NCBI GenBank assembly: GCA_037380845.1
Contig: JARRRI010000057.1
Span: forward strand, 1-28,830
From: Candidatus Sulfobium sp.
GTDB taxonomy: Bacteria; Nitrospirota; Thermodesulfovibrionia; Thermodesulfovibrionales; UBA6898
Direction of reading: 5' to 3'
Length of the DNA stretch: 28,830 nt
The translations under genes and the position numbers were made by a program. Numbering within the stretch: position 1 is the first letter of the stretch; each line of letters opens with the position of its first letter. The notes beneath the pieces were generated by a model, which was not told the origin of the DNA, did no database searches, and worked only from the letters and a program-made list of their open reading frames with translations. Shown piece by piece: positions 1 through 7,903 of the stretch.

Positions 1-81
1 ATTTGCTCCGGGAAGCTCCTCCACATAACCGATATAGCCGTATGGCGACTTCTGAAAGATTGCTGTTAATTTCTCCTGCAT
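1..81 (-). CDS. HicB-family (UPF0150-like) antitoxin, 5' part only, runs off the window
   Basis: Manual translation from the ATG at 81: MQEKLTAIFQKSPYGYIGYVEELPGAN..., matching the HicB N-terminal 'Y.GyVeELPGanTQG' pattern. AGGTG RBS upstream. Absent from the ORF track because it is truncated. Confidence 0.8.
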   Translation of the reverse strand, partial: MQEKLTAIFQKSPYGYIGYVEELPGAN

Positions 82-110
82 TTATATCACCTGCCTTTCC
101 TCTATATTAT

Positions 111-201
111 GCCATAACGACTTGCATCAGCAGCGGGGAATATTCATCAATGAAAAATCAAACAAGGTTATTCCCCGTCTGCTGGATGCTTTTGTTGTGT
201 G
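111..201 (-). mobile_element. Integron attC recombination site
   Basis: Minus strand reads CACACAAC-AAAA-GCATC(C)AGCAG(A)CGGGGAATA...loop...TATTCCCCG-CTGCT-GATGC-AAGTC-GTTATGG. It has AAC/GTT core triplets, an unpaired spacer and paired L boxes with two unpaired bases (G and T on the bottom strand, as in canonical attC). It lies about 20 bp after a stop codon. Confidence 0.88.
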
Positions 202-220
202 GCCGTTCATATATTCTGTT

Positions 221-583
221 TTATTTACTGCGCAGGTCAGCGACATATTGTTGCAGTTTATAATCAATAACAACTTCCTGAGCATACGGCGATTCTCTGA
301 GAGAATCTCCCAATTCGCAAAGGATGACAGCCAGATGCACACCTTCTTTAAGATTTTCTTCTACAGAATCTACAAACATTTTATGTATCTGATGTATTGC
401 ATCCTTATTCATGGAAGGCATATAAAACACTTTGATAACATTATTCCCTTGCGGCAACTGAACGCATGTAGTCAGACCTTTCAAAAGACCTTCTTTTGCC
501 GTGCTGATAACAAACTCAACATGCCCGTCACTCATGCGCGTTATGATTGTGCCGAAGGGATATCTGCCTTGCGACAATATCAT
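221..583 (-). CDS. Hypothetical cassette protein (120 aa)
   Basis: ATG at 583 has a GGAGG RBS and overlaps the stop of the upstream ORF (ATGA). The ORF ends just before attC. No family recognised. Confidence 0.65.
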   Translation of the reverse strand: MILSQGRYPFGTIITRMSDGHVEFVISTAKEGLLKGLTTCVQLPQGNNVIKVFYMPSMNKDAIHQIHKMFVDSVEENLKEGVHLAVILCELGDSLRESPYAQEVVIDYKLQQYVADLRSK

Positions 584-882
584 TTTGCCTCCTTTGGATG
601 GAGCCAACAAATATGCTCTCGATCAATCAGGACTATTTCGCCTTCCTTTAAGTCTTTTGGCGGCGCAATATTGATTGGTTCAAAGAATCTGATTTCAGCT
701 TCAAAATCATTTTCTTTTAATGCCTTTGTTATTTTTAAAAATACTGTGCTATCGCCGTATTGGGCTGAAACTTCCATGCCCGCAATCACCGGAGCATCAA
801 AACTAAGCGGCTTGGCAGTTGGCCACTTCTGGATTATTCCATGTGTTTCGCATTTGTTCCAATTTGGTCTTTTTAAGGCCAT
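580..882 (-). CDS. Hypothetical cassette protein (100 aa)
   Basis: GGAGG RBS at 891-895, ATG at 882, translationally coupled to the 221-583 ORF. No family recognised. Confidence 0.65.
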   Translation of the reverse strand: MALKRPNWNKCETHGIIQKWPTAKPLSFDAPVIAGMEVSAQYGDSTVFLKITKALKENDFEAEIRFFEPINIAPPKDLKEGEIVLIDREHICWLHPKEAK

Positions 883-1090
883 TTCAATTACCTCCGTCGA
901 AAGGATTTGTTATGCCGCTTAATATTGAATTTGATGTGACAGCGAAAGATGTTGATTGGAAGGATAAGGATTCTGTTGGTTTCATTTTAACGCCAGCAAT
1001 CGCAAGGGATATAGCCTTGCAACTTGAGAAACAAGCGCAGGAATATGATGATAATTTTCGTTTTGCCTTTTCATGTTCGTTTATATCTTG

Positions 1091-1115
1091 CACACAACTA
1101 ATTACTATGCGTATA
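1091..1115 (-). mobile_element. Putative attI site (crossover G|TTGTGTG at 1098/1097)
   Basis: TTGTGTG after the G is the exact complement of the R'' end (CACACAA) of the attC at 194-201, as expected at the start of an integrated cassette. No attC hairpin lies upstream. The site sits between the promoter/intI and the cassette. Confidence 0.6.
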
Positions 1116-1131
1116 GCCTTGAATTGCCATA

Positions 1132-1160
1132 ACAGTAACAGAGCGTTTGAGGCCTGTCAA
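1132..1160 (-). promoter_or_regulatory. Sigma70-type cassette promoter (Pc-like)
   Basis: TTGACA (1160-1155), 17-bp spacer, TACTGT (1137-1132), pointing toward the attI site and cassettes. Confidence 0.65.
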
Positions 1161-1228
1161 GATATAACTTCCCGATATATAAAAATACTTCTTGTCATAT
1201 TGTCGTAAAGTGTAGGTAATATCGAAAA

Positions 1229-1261
1229 TAACGAACTGCGTATTAACGAACTGCGTATTAA
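1229..1261 (+). repeat. Perfect 15-bp tandem repeat (TAACGAACTGCGTAT x2, then TAA)
   Basis: Directly visible, immediately before the AAGGAGG RBS of the intI remnant. Confidence 0.9.
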
Positions 1262-1279
1262 GGAGGATATCAGACAAAA

Positions 1280-1513
1280 ATGGGCCTCAAGGACACCCTG
1301 CCGGACTTTCAGGAGTTTCTCAGGGCGGGCAGGCTTGCGCCCGAAAGGAATATCCCATATCTCGCCTATTGGGCAAGCAGGTTTCTCTTCTTCATAGCTA
1401 GGAAAGACCATTCCGACACCGGCTCTCTCGTTATCGAGTTCATCGATTCTCTCAGGGGCCGGGAAGATATTGCCGACTGGCAGGTCCGCCAGGCCGAGGA
1501 GGCCCTGCTCTGA
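1280..1513 (+). pseudogene. intI: Truncated integron integrase, N-terminal extension only
   Basis: 'LPDFQEFL...PERNIPYLAYWASRFL...DWQVRQAEEAL' resembles the N-terminal extension of long IntI proteins of Desulfobacterota/Nitrospirota-like bacteria. It is divergent from the attI/attC array. No tyrosine-recombinase domain was seen downstream. Confidence 0.65.
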
Positions 1514-1848
1514 AAGCCTTCATCAGCGCAGGCTACCGCCGTTATGGAACACGCTAGTGGTCCATCTGAATACGTCTCAATCCCTGAAAACAGTGCTTCC
1601 AGATCAATCCGCCGAAAAAATGAAATCCAAAAGACGGTGGTGTGAAATTCCCGATCCGCCAGAATCAGTTTAAAAAAATTGGGAGGCTGGTGTAAAGGGA
1701 AAAGTGCTTCACAGCGCGTGACATCGCTGAGAGTCGCTACGACCGATCAAACTTAAAAGCCGAAGTGACTCCGTCCGAAATGGCAAGACCCTCGAGCTCG
1801 ATTCCGAGGTTCTTTGGGGTGGCCATGCAAGTTGTGTTCACAAAAAAA

Positions 1849-1878
1849 TGGATTCCCGATTACTACCTCGGGAATGAC
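1849..1878 (+). repeat. REP-like palindromic repeat, copy 1
   Basis: TGGATTCCCGA-TTACTACC-TCGGGAATGAC; near-identical copies at 17414 and 18845. Confidence 0.8.
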
Positions 1879-1934
1879 GACGGAAATCTCTTCTTTACGG
1901 AGTCTACATTCTAAATGAATAGCCGATGCGGTAA

Positions 1935-2147
1935 CTACTTTAAGGAGTAAATTCCCTTGAGGATCAGGAGGAGCCAGGGGATGCCGTGGAGGAAAAGGTC
2001 GAACCAGTCTATGGGTCTCACAAGCTTCCCCTTGAAGAGCATCTGGAGTTTTTCTACTATATGCGGCGGCGCAAAGGGGGCAAGCCCCAGAGTGAGGCAG
2101 ATAATGATCAGGGTGCCCCAGGATATCTTGGCAAGCACTTGTTCCAT
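1935..2147 (-). CDS. Small conserved two-TM membrane protein (70 aa)
   Basis: Two hydrophobic segments with the recurrent 'LGLAPF.PPH..EKL.ML..G.L..PIDWFDL..HG.P' pattern. Function unknown. Confidence 0.8.
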   Translation of the reverse strand: MEQVLAKISWGTLIIICLTLGLAPFAPPHIVEKLQMLFKGKLVRPIDWFDLFLHGIPWLLLILKGIYSLK

Positions 2148-2192
2148 CCGGAAATTATAACACAGGCCCGATGCCGGTATAATTTAAGCGAA

Positions 2193-3053
2193 ATGGAGAT
2201 AATACCGGGACCTGAATGGGAGACTCTCCTAAACACGACCTTGAAAGTGAAGGGCGCTGTCATGATCATGGGAACCACCGACTCCGGGAAAACAACGCTT
2301 GCGCGATACCTGATCAAGCATCTTCTTTCAGAAGGGATAAAAGTATCTCTTGTCGACACCGACGTGGGACAGACTTCTCTCGGCCTGCCCGGGACAATCA
2401 GCATGAAGGTTTTTCCCTCCCCGGAAGACCTGGAAGACTTTATGCCCGACAGGATGTTCTTTGTGGGGGTCGTAAACCCGGCAACGGCTATTCCCCTGAT
2501 AATAAGGACGGCGGGGACTGCGGTCGGGAAATGCAGGGAGAAATCGGACATTGTCCTGATGGATACGAGCGGGCTCGTCTCCGGAAGAATCGGTGAGGTG
2601 CTAAAGACGGGCAAGATCAGGGCGGTAAGGCCCGAACACATAATAGCAGTACAGAGGGAAGACGAAATCGAGCATATCCTGAAACTGGCCGGAGATATCG
2701 ATATTTCGAGAGTCGTCGCTTCTGGGACGGTGAAAAAAAGAGATACGGGGAAGCGTATACGGTACCGGGAGAAGAAGTATGAAAGTTACTTCAGAGAAGT
2801 ACAGCAGGCAGAATATCTGGTGGATTTGCGGGATACTGGCCCTTTTTACAAAGGCAGGGAGCTGAGCCCGGGACGAAGCGGTTTTCCGAAGGGGAACGTC
2901 ATAGGCCTGAACCGCGGCGACGAAACGCTTGCCCTGGGGCTTCTGACCGAAATCGGCGAAGACAGGGTAACCTTCAAATCTCCTCTTGGGTCACTGAAAG
3001 GAATAAACCGCATCGTCTTCGGAGACATCTCTTATACAGCGCCAAGCGCATAG
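2193..3053 (+). CDS. Clp1/Grc3/Nol9-family polynucleotide 5'-hydroxyl kinase
   Basis: Walker A GTTDSGKTT, DTDVGQ motif, DTSG, and basic lid 'KRDTGKRIRYRE'. Start moved to ATG 2193 because the upstream extension overlaps the divergent gene. Confidence 0.85.
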   Translation: MEIIPGPEWETLLNTTLKVKGAVMIMGTTDSGKTTLARYLIKHLLSEGIKVSLVDTDVGQTSLGLPGTISMKVFPSPEDLEDFMPDRMFFVGVVNPATAIPLIIRTAGTAVGKCREKSDIVLMDTSGLVSGRIGEVLKTGKIRAVRPEHIIAVQREDEIEHILKLAGDIDISRVVASGTVKKRDTGKRIRYREKKYESYFREVQQAEYLVDLRDTGPFYKGRELSPGRSGFPKGNVIGLNRGDETLALGLLTEIGEDRVTFKSPLGSLKGINRIVFGDISYTAPSA

Positions 3054-3123
3054 GGCATAGCGCAAAAGAACCTGCAACCTCTAGCCAATGACCAGGAACC
3101 TCTTGCTTATCGCCTATTGCCTA

Positions 3124-3936
3124 TTACCTACTGCCTATTTTTTCCGGCAGAAAATATGAAAGGGGAATTCCGGCGATTACGAGTGCGAGGATTGCCAGCG
3201 ATATTTGAGGACCGTAAAGCGTTGTGAAAGGAGGTTCGCCGCTATAAAGCGTAAATGCCGGAGCGAGGTCGAAAGGCAGCGTGTAGAGAAGTACGAGCCC
3301 CGCCAGTGAAAAGAGCGGCATTCCCAGGGCTTTCGGACGCTTTTTCAAAATGCAGTAAAGGGCACTCAGGATCGATGTGAAGAAAAGGAACTTGGCGATG
3401 AATTTCTTTACCCCTGCATCTATTCCGACACCTCCCGCCCCGGCATCCAGAAGGCTCCTTTCCAGCATTACGAACAGTGCCTCCACCTTTTCGGCGGAAT
3501 ACCCTGCAACGTAAAGGTTTCTGGACGCCCCGGAGAAGACCATCTCCACATCGGTGATAATTCCCTTGGGCAGGTTACAGGTATAAGAGAAACCGGATGC
3601 GGTCTTCGGGAGGACGGAACTGCGTGAAAGGAGACTGTGGCCCGACATCCTGATGCCGGTCCTGCTGTCTGAGACAAGGATGTTCTCTCCGGAAGCATTA
3701 CCATTAGCGGCCGTGAATCCTCCATTTGCCTTCGAGACAAAATCAGCCGAACTGTCCATGATTTTCTGGATATCTCCGTAAGTCAGGAGGAGAGGGGGGA
3801 GGGCAGCCTTTCTGGAATATAGCGCCTGCGAAAAAGCAGGTAGCTCCGAAGCCAGCAGGAATACAACCACCGCCAGGGAAAAAAATACTTGTCTGATAAC
3901 CACGATCCTTGCCGCTCCATGTCCGCCAGCCTTCAT
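3124..3936 (-). CDS. Hypothetical membrane protein (signal peptide, soluble domain, about 3 C-terminal TM helices)
   Basis: 270-aa ORF with GGAGG RBS, hydrophobic N-terminal segment ending AFS-QA and hydrophobic C-terminal segments. Confidence 0.7.
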   Translation of the reverse strand: MKAGGHGAARIVVIRQVFFSLAVVVFLLASELPAFSQALYSRKAALPPLLLTYGDIQKIMDSSADFVSKANGGFTAANGNASGENILVSDSRTGIRMSGHSLLSRSSVLPKTASGFSYTCNLPKGIITDVEMVFSGASRNLYVAGYSAEKVEALFVMLERSLLDAGAGGVGIDAGVKKFIAKFLFFTSILSALYCILKKRPKALGMPLFSLAGLVLLYTLPFDLAPAFTLYSGEPPFTTLYGPQISLAILALVIAGIPLSYFLPEKIGSR

Positions 3937-4114
3937 TCTTCCTCCACCAAAAGGTATATTGAATCAAGCGCCCTCCCGGTATAAGAGGGCGATATTTCAT
4001 ATCATAATAATTCACGAAGAAAAATCATAGTCAGGTCCGCGAGGAATTTTCGCTCGATGACGATTAAGTTGCGGGCCCGTTTATGGGCTATAATAAAGTC
4101 AGTTCGGAACGCCT

Positions 4115-6433
4115 ATGGAATGCCTCATTATAGCCATTAAAGGGATTGTCCAGGGGGTCGGGTTCAGGCCTTTCGTATTCAATCTCGCCAACCGGCTGTC
4201 TGTCAGGGGGTTTGTTACCAACACCTCCGACGGGGTGCTTATAAATGCCGAAGGCGAAAATCTGGGCGCGTTTGTCGACAGGCTTAAGAGCGATGCCCCG
4301 CCATTATCGAAGATAGTGAGCACGGAGACGGTCCCCGCGGAATTCAGGGGATACCTGGATTTTACGATAAGGGAGAGCACGGAAAGCGGCAGTTTCACTC
4401 TTGTTTCTCCGGACGTTTCGATATGCGATGACTGCCTCGGGGAGCTTTTCGACGAAAACGACCGCCGTTATCTCTACCCCTTCATAAACTGTACGAACTG
4501 CGGCCCCCGTTATTCGATCACCACTTCAGTCCCCTATGACCGGGGAAACACCACGATGAGGGTCTTCAAGATGTGCGATGAGTGCGCATCGGAATATGGA
4601 GATCCGGGTAATCGCAGGTTTCATGCGCAGCCCGACGCCTGCGCAAGGTGCGGACCCGGGATGACCTTGCTGGGCGGCGACGTTAAAGGGACCGAGCCCG
4701 TGGCGGAGGCCGTAGGAATGTTGAAGGAGGGGAAGACGGTCGCCGTCAAGGGTCTGGGAGGATTTCATCTGGCCTGTGACGCCGGAAACCCCGAAGCGGT
4801 CGCACTATTGCGGGAAAGAAAGAGGAGGAGCAACAAGCCCTTCGGACTGATGGCCCCGGATGTCGGGACAGTGAAGACCTTCTGCTACGTTTCTCCGGCT
4901 GAGGAAGTGCTGCTCCGGTCGCCGCGGAGACCCATTGTGCTTTTGAAAAAGAAAGAAGGGACGGACCTGCCGGAGGCGATCGCTCCCCACAACGGATATT
5001 TCGGCGTCATGCTCCCTTACACGCCTCTTCATTATCTGCTCTTTTATCACCCCTGCGGCGCCGGGAGGAGGCCGGAAAAAGCCCATTTCAAAGCCCTCGT
5101 CATGACCAGCGGCAATATAAGCGAGGAGCCGATCGTAACCGGCAATGAAGAGGCGATGTCGAGGCTGGCCGGCCTTGCCGACGCCTTCCTCCTTCACAAC
5201 CGCGAGATTTTCATGAGGGTCGACGACTCCGTCGTGCGGCTTGCAAATCCGGAGGCCGCTGCCGGCGGAGGAAACACCCCTTACCTGTCCTTCGTCAGGA
5301 GGTCGAGGGGATATGCGCCGGAGCCGATCCTTCTGGGCGGCGACGGTCCGGAGGTGCTGGGATGCGGGGCAGACGTGAAGAATACCTTTACGCTTACGAA
5401 GGGGCTTTTCGCCATACCGAGCCAGCATATCGGAGACATGGAGAATTTCGAGACACTGAAATTTTTCGAGGAGACACTGGCAAATATAAAATCCGTTTAC
5501 CGGGCCGAACCGAAGGTTCTCGTCCACGACCTGCACCCCGGATATCTCTCCACGCAATGGGCCCTTGGGCAGGGCGAGAAGGGGCTTAAGACAATCGGCA
5601 TCCAGCATCATTATGCGCACATTGCTTCAGTAATGGCCGAAAAGGGTATCAGAAAGAAAGTCATCGGCGTCTCCTTCGACGGCACCGGTTATGGCACCGA
5701 CGGGTCCCTCTGGGGCGGAGAGTTCCTGATTGCGGATGTCGAAGGCTTTCAGCGGGCCGCCCACCTGGACTATATCCCGCTGCCCGGCGGCGAGACGGCG
5801 ATACGGGAGCCCTGGAGGATTTCGCTCAGTTATCTCAGGGAGGCGGCCGGGGATGAGGTCTGGAAATACCTCGGGCCGACCGGTTTCATCGAGAGATATG
5901 GAGAGGAGAAGATAGCGAATATATTGAAGGTGGCCGGCGTGAAATCTTTTTCACCTCTTTCGTCGGGCGCCGGCCGGCTGTTCGATGCCGTCTCCGCGTT
6001 GACCGGCGTCTGCGACAGGAACACCTTCGAGGGCGAGGCCGCGATTGCACTGGAGTCAGAGGCGGAAGAAGATGTCAGGAACGATTACCCCGTCGACATA
6101 AAATTCAGGGACCCGATAACGGTAGATTTCTCGATGGTCATGCTCCGCATACTCGGCGATATGGAACGGGGGGAAAGGAGAGGTGTCATATCTGCCAGAT
6201 TCCACAACTCCGTCGTTTCTTCCATAGCCCGGGTCGTGCGGACGCTTTCTTCCATGCACAACATCAACCGCGTCGTCCTGAGCGGGGGCGTCTTCCAGAA
6301 TATGTATCTCCTCGAGCGTCTGCTGGGCGAGCTGGCCGACCTGGAAGTCCACATAAATGAACTGGTCCCCTGCAATGACGCTGGAATATCACTGGGTCAG
6401 GCATATATAATCAGAGAGCGGATGAAAAGGTGA
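4115..6433 (+). CDS. hypF: Carbamoyltransferase HypF
   Basis: Acylphosphatase domain GIVQGVGFRPF, zinc fingers (CDDC...CTNCGPR; CDEC...CARCGP), KGLGGFHLAC, HDLHP, QHHYAH, DGTGYG, NDAGISLGQ. Confidence 0.97.
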   Translation: MECLIIAIKGIVQGVGFRPFVFNLANRLSVRGFVTNTSDGVLINAEGENLGAFVDRLKSDAPPLSKIVSTETVPAEFRGYLDFTIRESTESGSFTLVSPDVSICDDCLGELFDENDRRYLYPFINCTNCGPRYSITTSVPYDRGNTTMRVFKMCDECASEYGDPGNRRFHAQPDACARCGPGMTLLGGDVKGTEPVAEAVGMLKEGKTVAVKGLGGFHLACDAGNPEAVALLRERKRRSNKPFGLMAPDVGTVKTFCYVSPAEEVLLRSPRRPIVLLKKKEGTDLPEAIAPHNGYFGVMLPYTPLHYLLFYHPCGAGRRPEKAHFKALVMTSGNISEEPIVTGNEEAMSRLAGLADAFLLHNREIFMRVDDSVVRLANPEAAAGGGNTPYLSFVRRSRGYAPEPILLGGDGPEVLGCGADVKNTFTLTKGLFAIPSQHIGDMENFETLKFFEETLANIKSVYRAEPKVLVHDLHPGYLSTQWALGQGEKGLKTIGIQHHYAHIASVMAEKGIRKKVIGVSFDGTGYGTDGSLWGGEFLIADVEGFQRAAHLDYIPLPGGETAIREPWRISLSYLREAAGDEVWKYLGPTGFIERYGEEKIANILKVAGVKSFSPLSSGAGRLFDAVSALTGVCDRNTFEGEAAIALESEAEEDVRNDYPVDIKFRDPITVDFSMVMLRILGDMERGERRGVISARFHNSVVSSIARVVRTLSSMHNINRVVLSGGVFQNMYLLERLLGELADLEVHINELVPCNDAGISLGQAYIIRERMKR

Positions 6434-6477
6434 TGGTTTTCAGGCAATTTGCAGAGGAGGCCGGACGTTGGAGAAAA

Positions 6478-6642
6478 GCACGGAAGTGGACTGAAAAAGT
6501 CTTGTAATGACGACATGATTTTATTTATCTTCCACATAAATGCAGCAACGGGGTTCAATGACTTGCAAAAAAATGGCCGGTGGGCCCTTCTGCGTGACTG
6601 TAAGGTGTCGCTACAAGACATTATTCAGTCCCCTTTCCGTGC
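6478..6642. mobile_element. MITE-like non-coding element with long imperfect terminal inverted repeats
   Basis: Left end GCACGGAAGTGGACTGAAAAAGTCTTGTAATGAC versus reverse complement of the right end GCACGGAAAGGGGACTGAATAATGTCTTGTAGCGAC. The 16-mer GAAAAAGTCTTGTAAT recurs at 17292-17307. Confidence 0.55.
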
Positions 6643-6737
6643 CTTATCGATTTCTTTATCCGACTCGAAGATGTACTTGACGATTTTACGGGCGGCGGCT
6701 GAGCGCTGAGAGCTGACAGTTTTTTAGGGAACTTTAA

Positions 6738-7799
6738 GTGAAACAAATAACGGAAATAGTCAAGAAATACATGAACGTCATAGGCAGGCCGGTCAGGCTG
6801 ATGGAGGTCTGCGGCACTCACACGGTGGCTATCTTCAGACACGGCATCCGGGATCTGCTGCCCGAGGGGCTGATGCTTCTGAGCGGGCCGGGATGTCCCG
6901 TATGCGTCACATCGATCGGGGACGTCGACACCGCCGTGGAATTATCGAAACGCGAAGAGATCGTTCTTACGACCTTCGGCGATATGATGAGGGTCCCCGG
7001 CAGCAGAAAATCTCTGTTTGAGGCCAAAGCAGAAGGCGGCGATGTCAGGGTTGTATACTCCCCCCTCGATGCCCTGGCGATGGCCCGGAAGGAAGGGGGA
7101 AAAAAGGTTGTTTTTTTCGCGACCGGCTTCGAGACGACAGCCCCTTCGGTAGCAGCAACGGTAGTCGAGGCCGAGAGGCTTGGCGTGGACAACTTTTATA
7201 TTTATCCGGTGCACAAGACAGTGCCTCCCGCCTTGAAGGCGCTTCTGGATTCGGGTGATGTAAATGTGGACGGCTTTATCCTGCCGGGGCACGTCTGTAC
7301 CGTGACGGGTACCGTGCCGTACGACTTCATTGCAACCGACTACCGGAAGCCCGCCGTTGTGACGGGGTTTGACGCTGTTGACATCCTCTCGGGGATCGCG
7401 ATGATTCTGCAGCAGATTTCGACAGGAAGACCTGGGGTAGAGATACAGTATTCAAAGGTGGTGAAAAAGGAGGGCAATCCCAGGGCTATGGCGGTCATGC
7501 AGCAATGCTTCGAAGCCGACGACGCCGTGTGGAGGGGCATAGGAGTGATACCCGAAAGCGGCCTCAGACTCCGGGAAAAGTACCGGGGCCGCGATATCAG
7601 GTCCGCCTGTGACGTGGAAGTGCCGGAGGCGAGTGAGCCGAAGGCGTGTTCCTGCGGTGAGGTGCTCAAGGGGATAAAGGTCCCCACCGACTGCGCCCTG
7701 TTCGGCAAGGCCTGCACGCCTGAAAAGCCGGTTGGCGCATGCATGGTGAGTTCGGAGGGAAGCTGTGCCGCCTATTACAAATATCGATCGGTTTTATGA
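6738..7799 (+). CDS. hypD: Hydrogenase maturation protein HypD
   Basis: MEVCGTHT, SGPGCPVC, GFETT, PGHV and C-terminal Fe-S cysteines (GACMVSSEGSCAAYY). GTG start. Confidence 0.97.
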   Translation: MKQITEIVKKYMNVIGRPVRLMEVCGTHTVAIFRHGIRDLLPEGLMLLSGPGCPVCVTSIGDVDTAVELSKREEIVLTTFGDMMRVPGSRKSLFEAKAEGGDVRVVYSPLDALAMARKEGGKKVVFFATGFETTAPSVAATVVEAERLGVDNFYIYPVHKTVPPALKALLDSGDVNVDGFILPGHVCTVTGTVPYDFIATDYRKPAVVTGFDAVDILSGIAMILQQISTGRPGVEIQYSKVVKKEGNPRAMAVMQQCFEADDAVWRGIGVIPESGLRLREKYRGRDIRSACDVEVPEASEPKACSCGEVLKGIKVPTDCALFGKACTPEKPVGACMVSSEGSCAAYYKYRSVL

Positions 7800-7903
7800 A
7801 CATGAAACAAGGCAACAGTTCACCGGACGCAGGGGGTTGAACATTATATATTTCCGGTGAGAGGGCGGAAGCCATGCCGCATTAAGGAGTAAGAGGTGAA
7901 TTC

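Noticed and set aside
122..922. 266-aa + strand ORF
   Set aside because: Antisense to two RBS-bearing coupled ORFs, runs through attC and has no motifs.
884..1093. 69-aa minus-strand ORF at the cassette start
   Set aside because: Ser-rich composition typical of an antisense frame and no RBS.
1126..1133. GTTATGGC (minus strand) as an alternative attI core
   Set aside because: It overlaps the -10 region and is not complementary to the cassette's R''; the site at 1098 is.
1986..2192. N-terminal extension of the Clp1 ORF
   Set aside because: Overlaps the conserved divergent membrane gene; ATG 2193 is the more plausible start.
4030..4046. GTCAGGTCCGCGAGGAA resembling the SRP RNA conserved loop
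   Set aside because: The following GCAGC and the flanking long helix are missing.
6449..6709. 86-aa ORF of HypC-like size between hypF and hypD
   Set aside because: No HypC N-terminal MC motif or other similarity; it spans the palindromic element.
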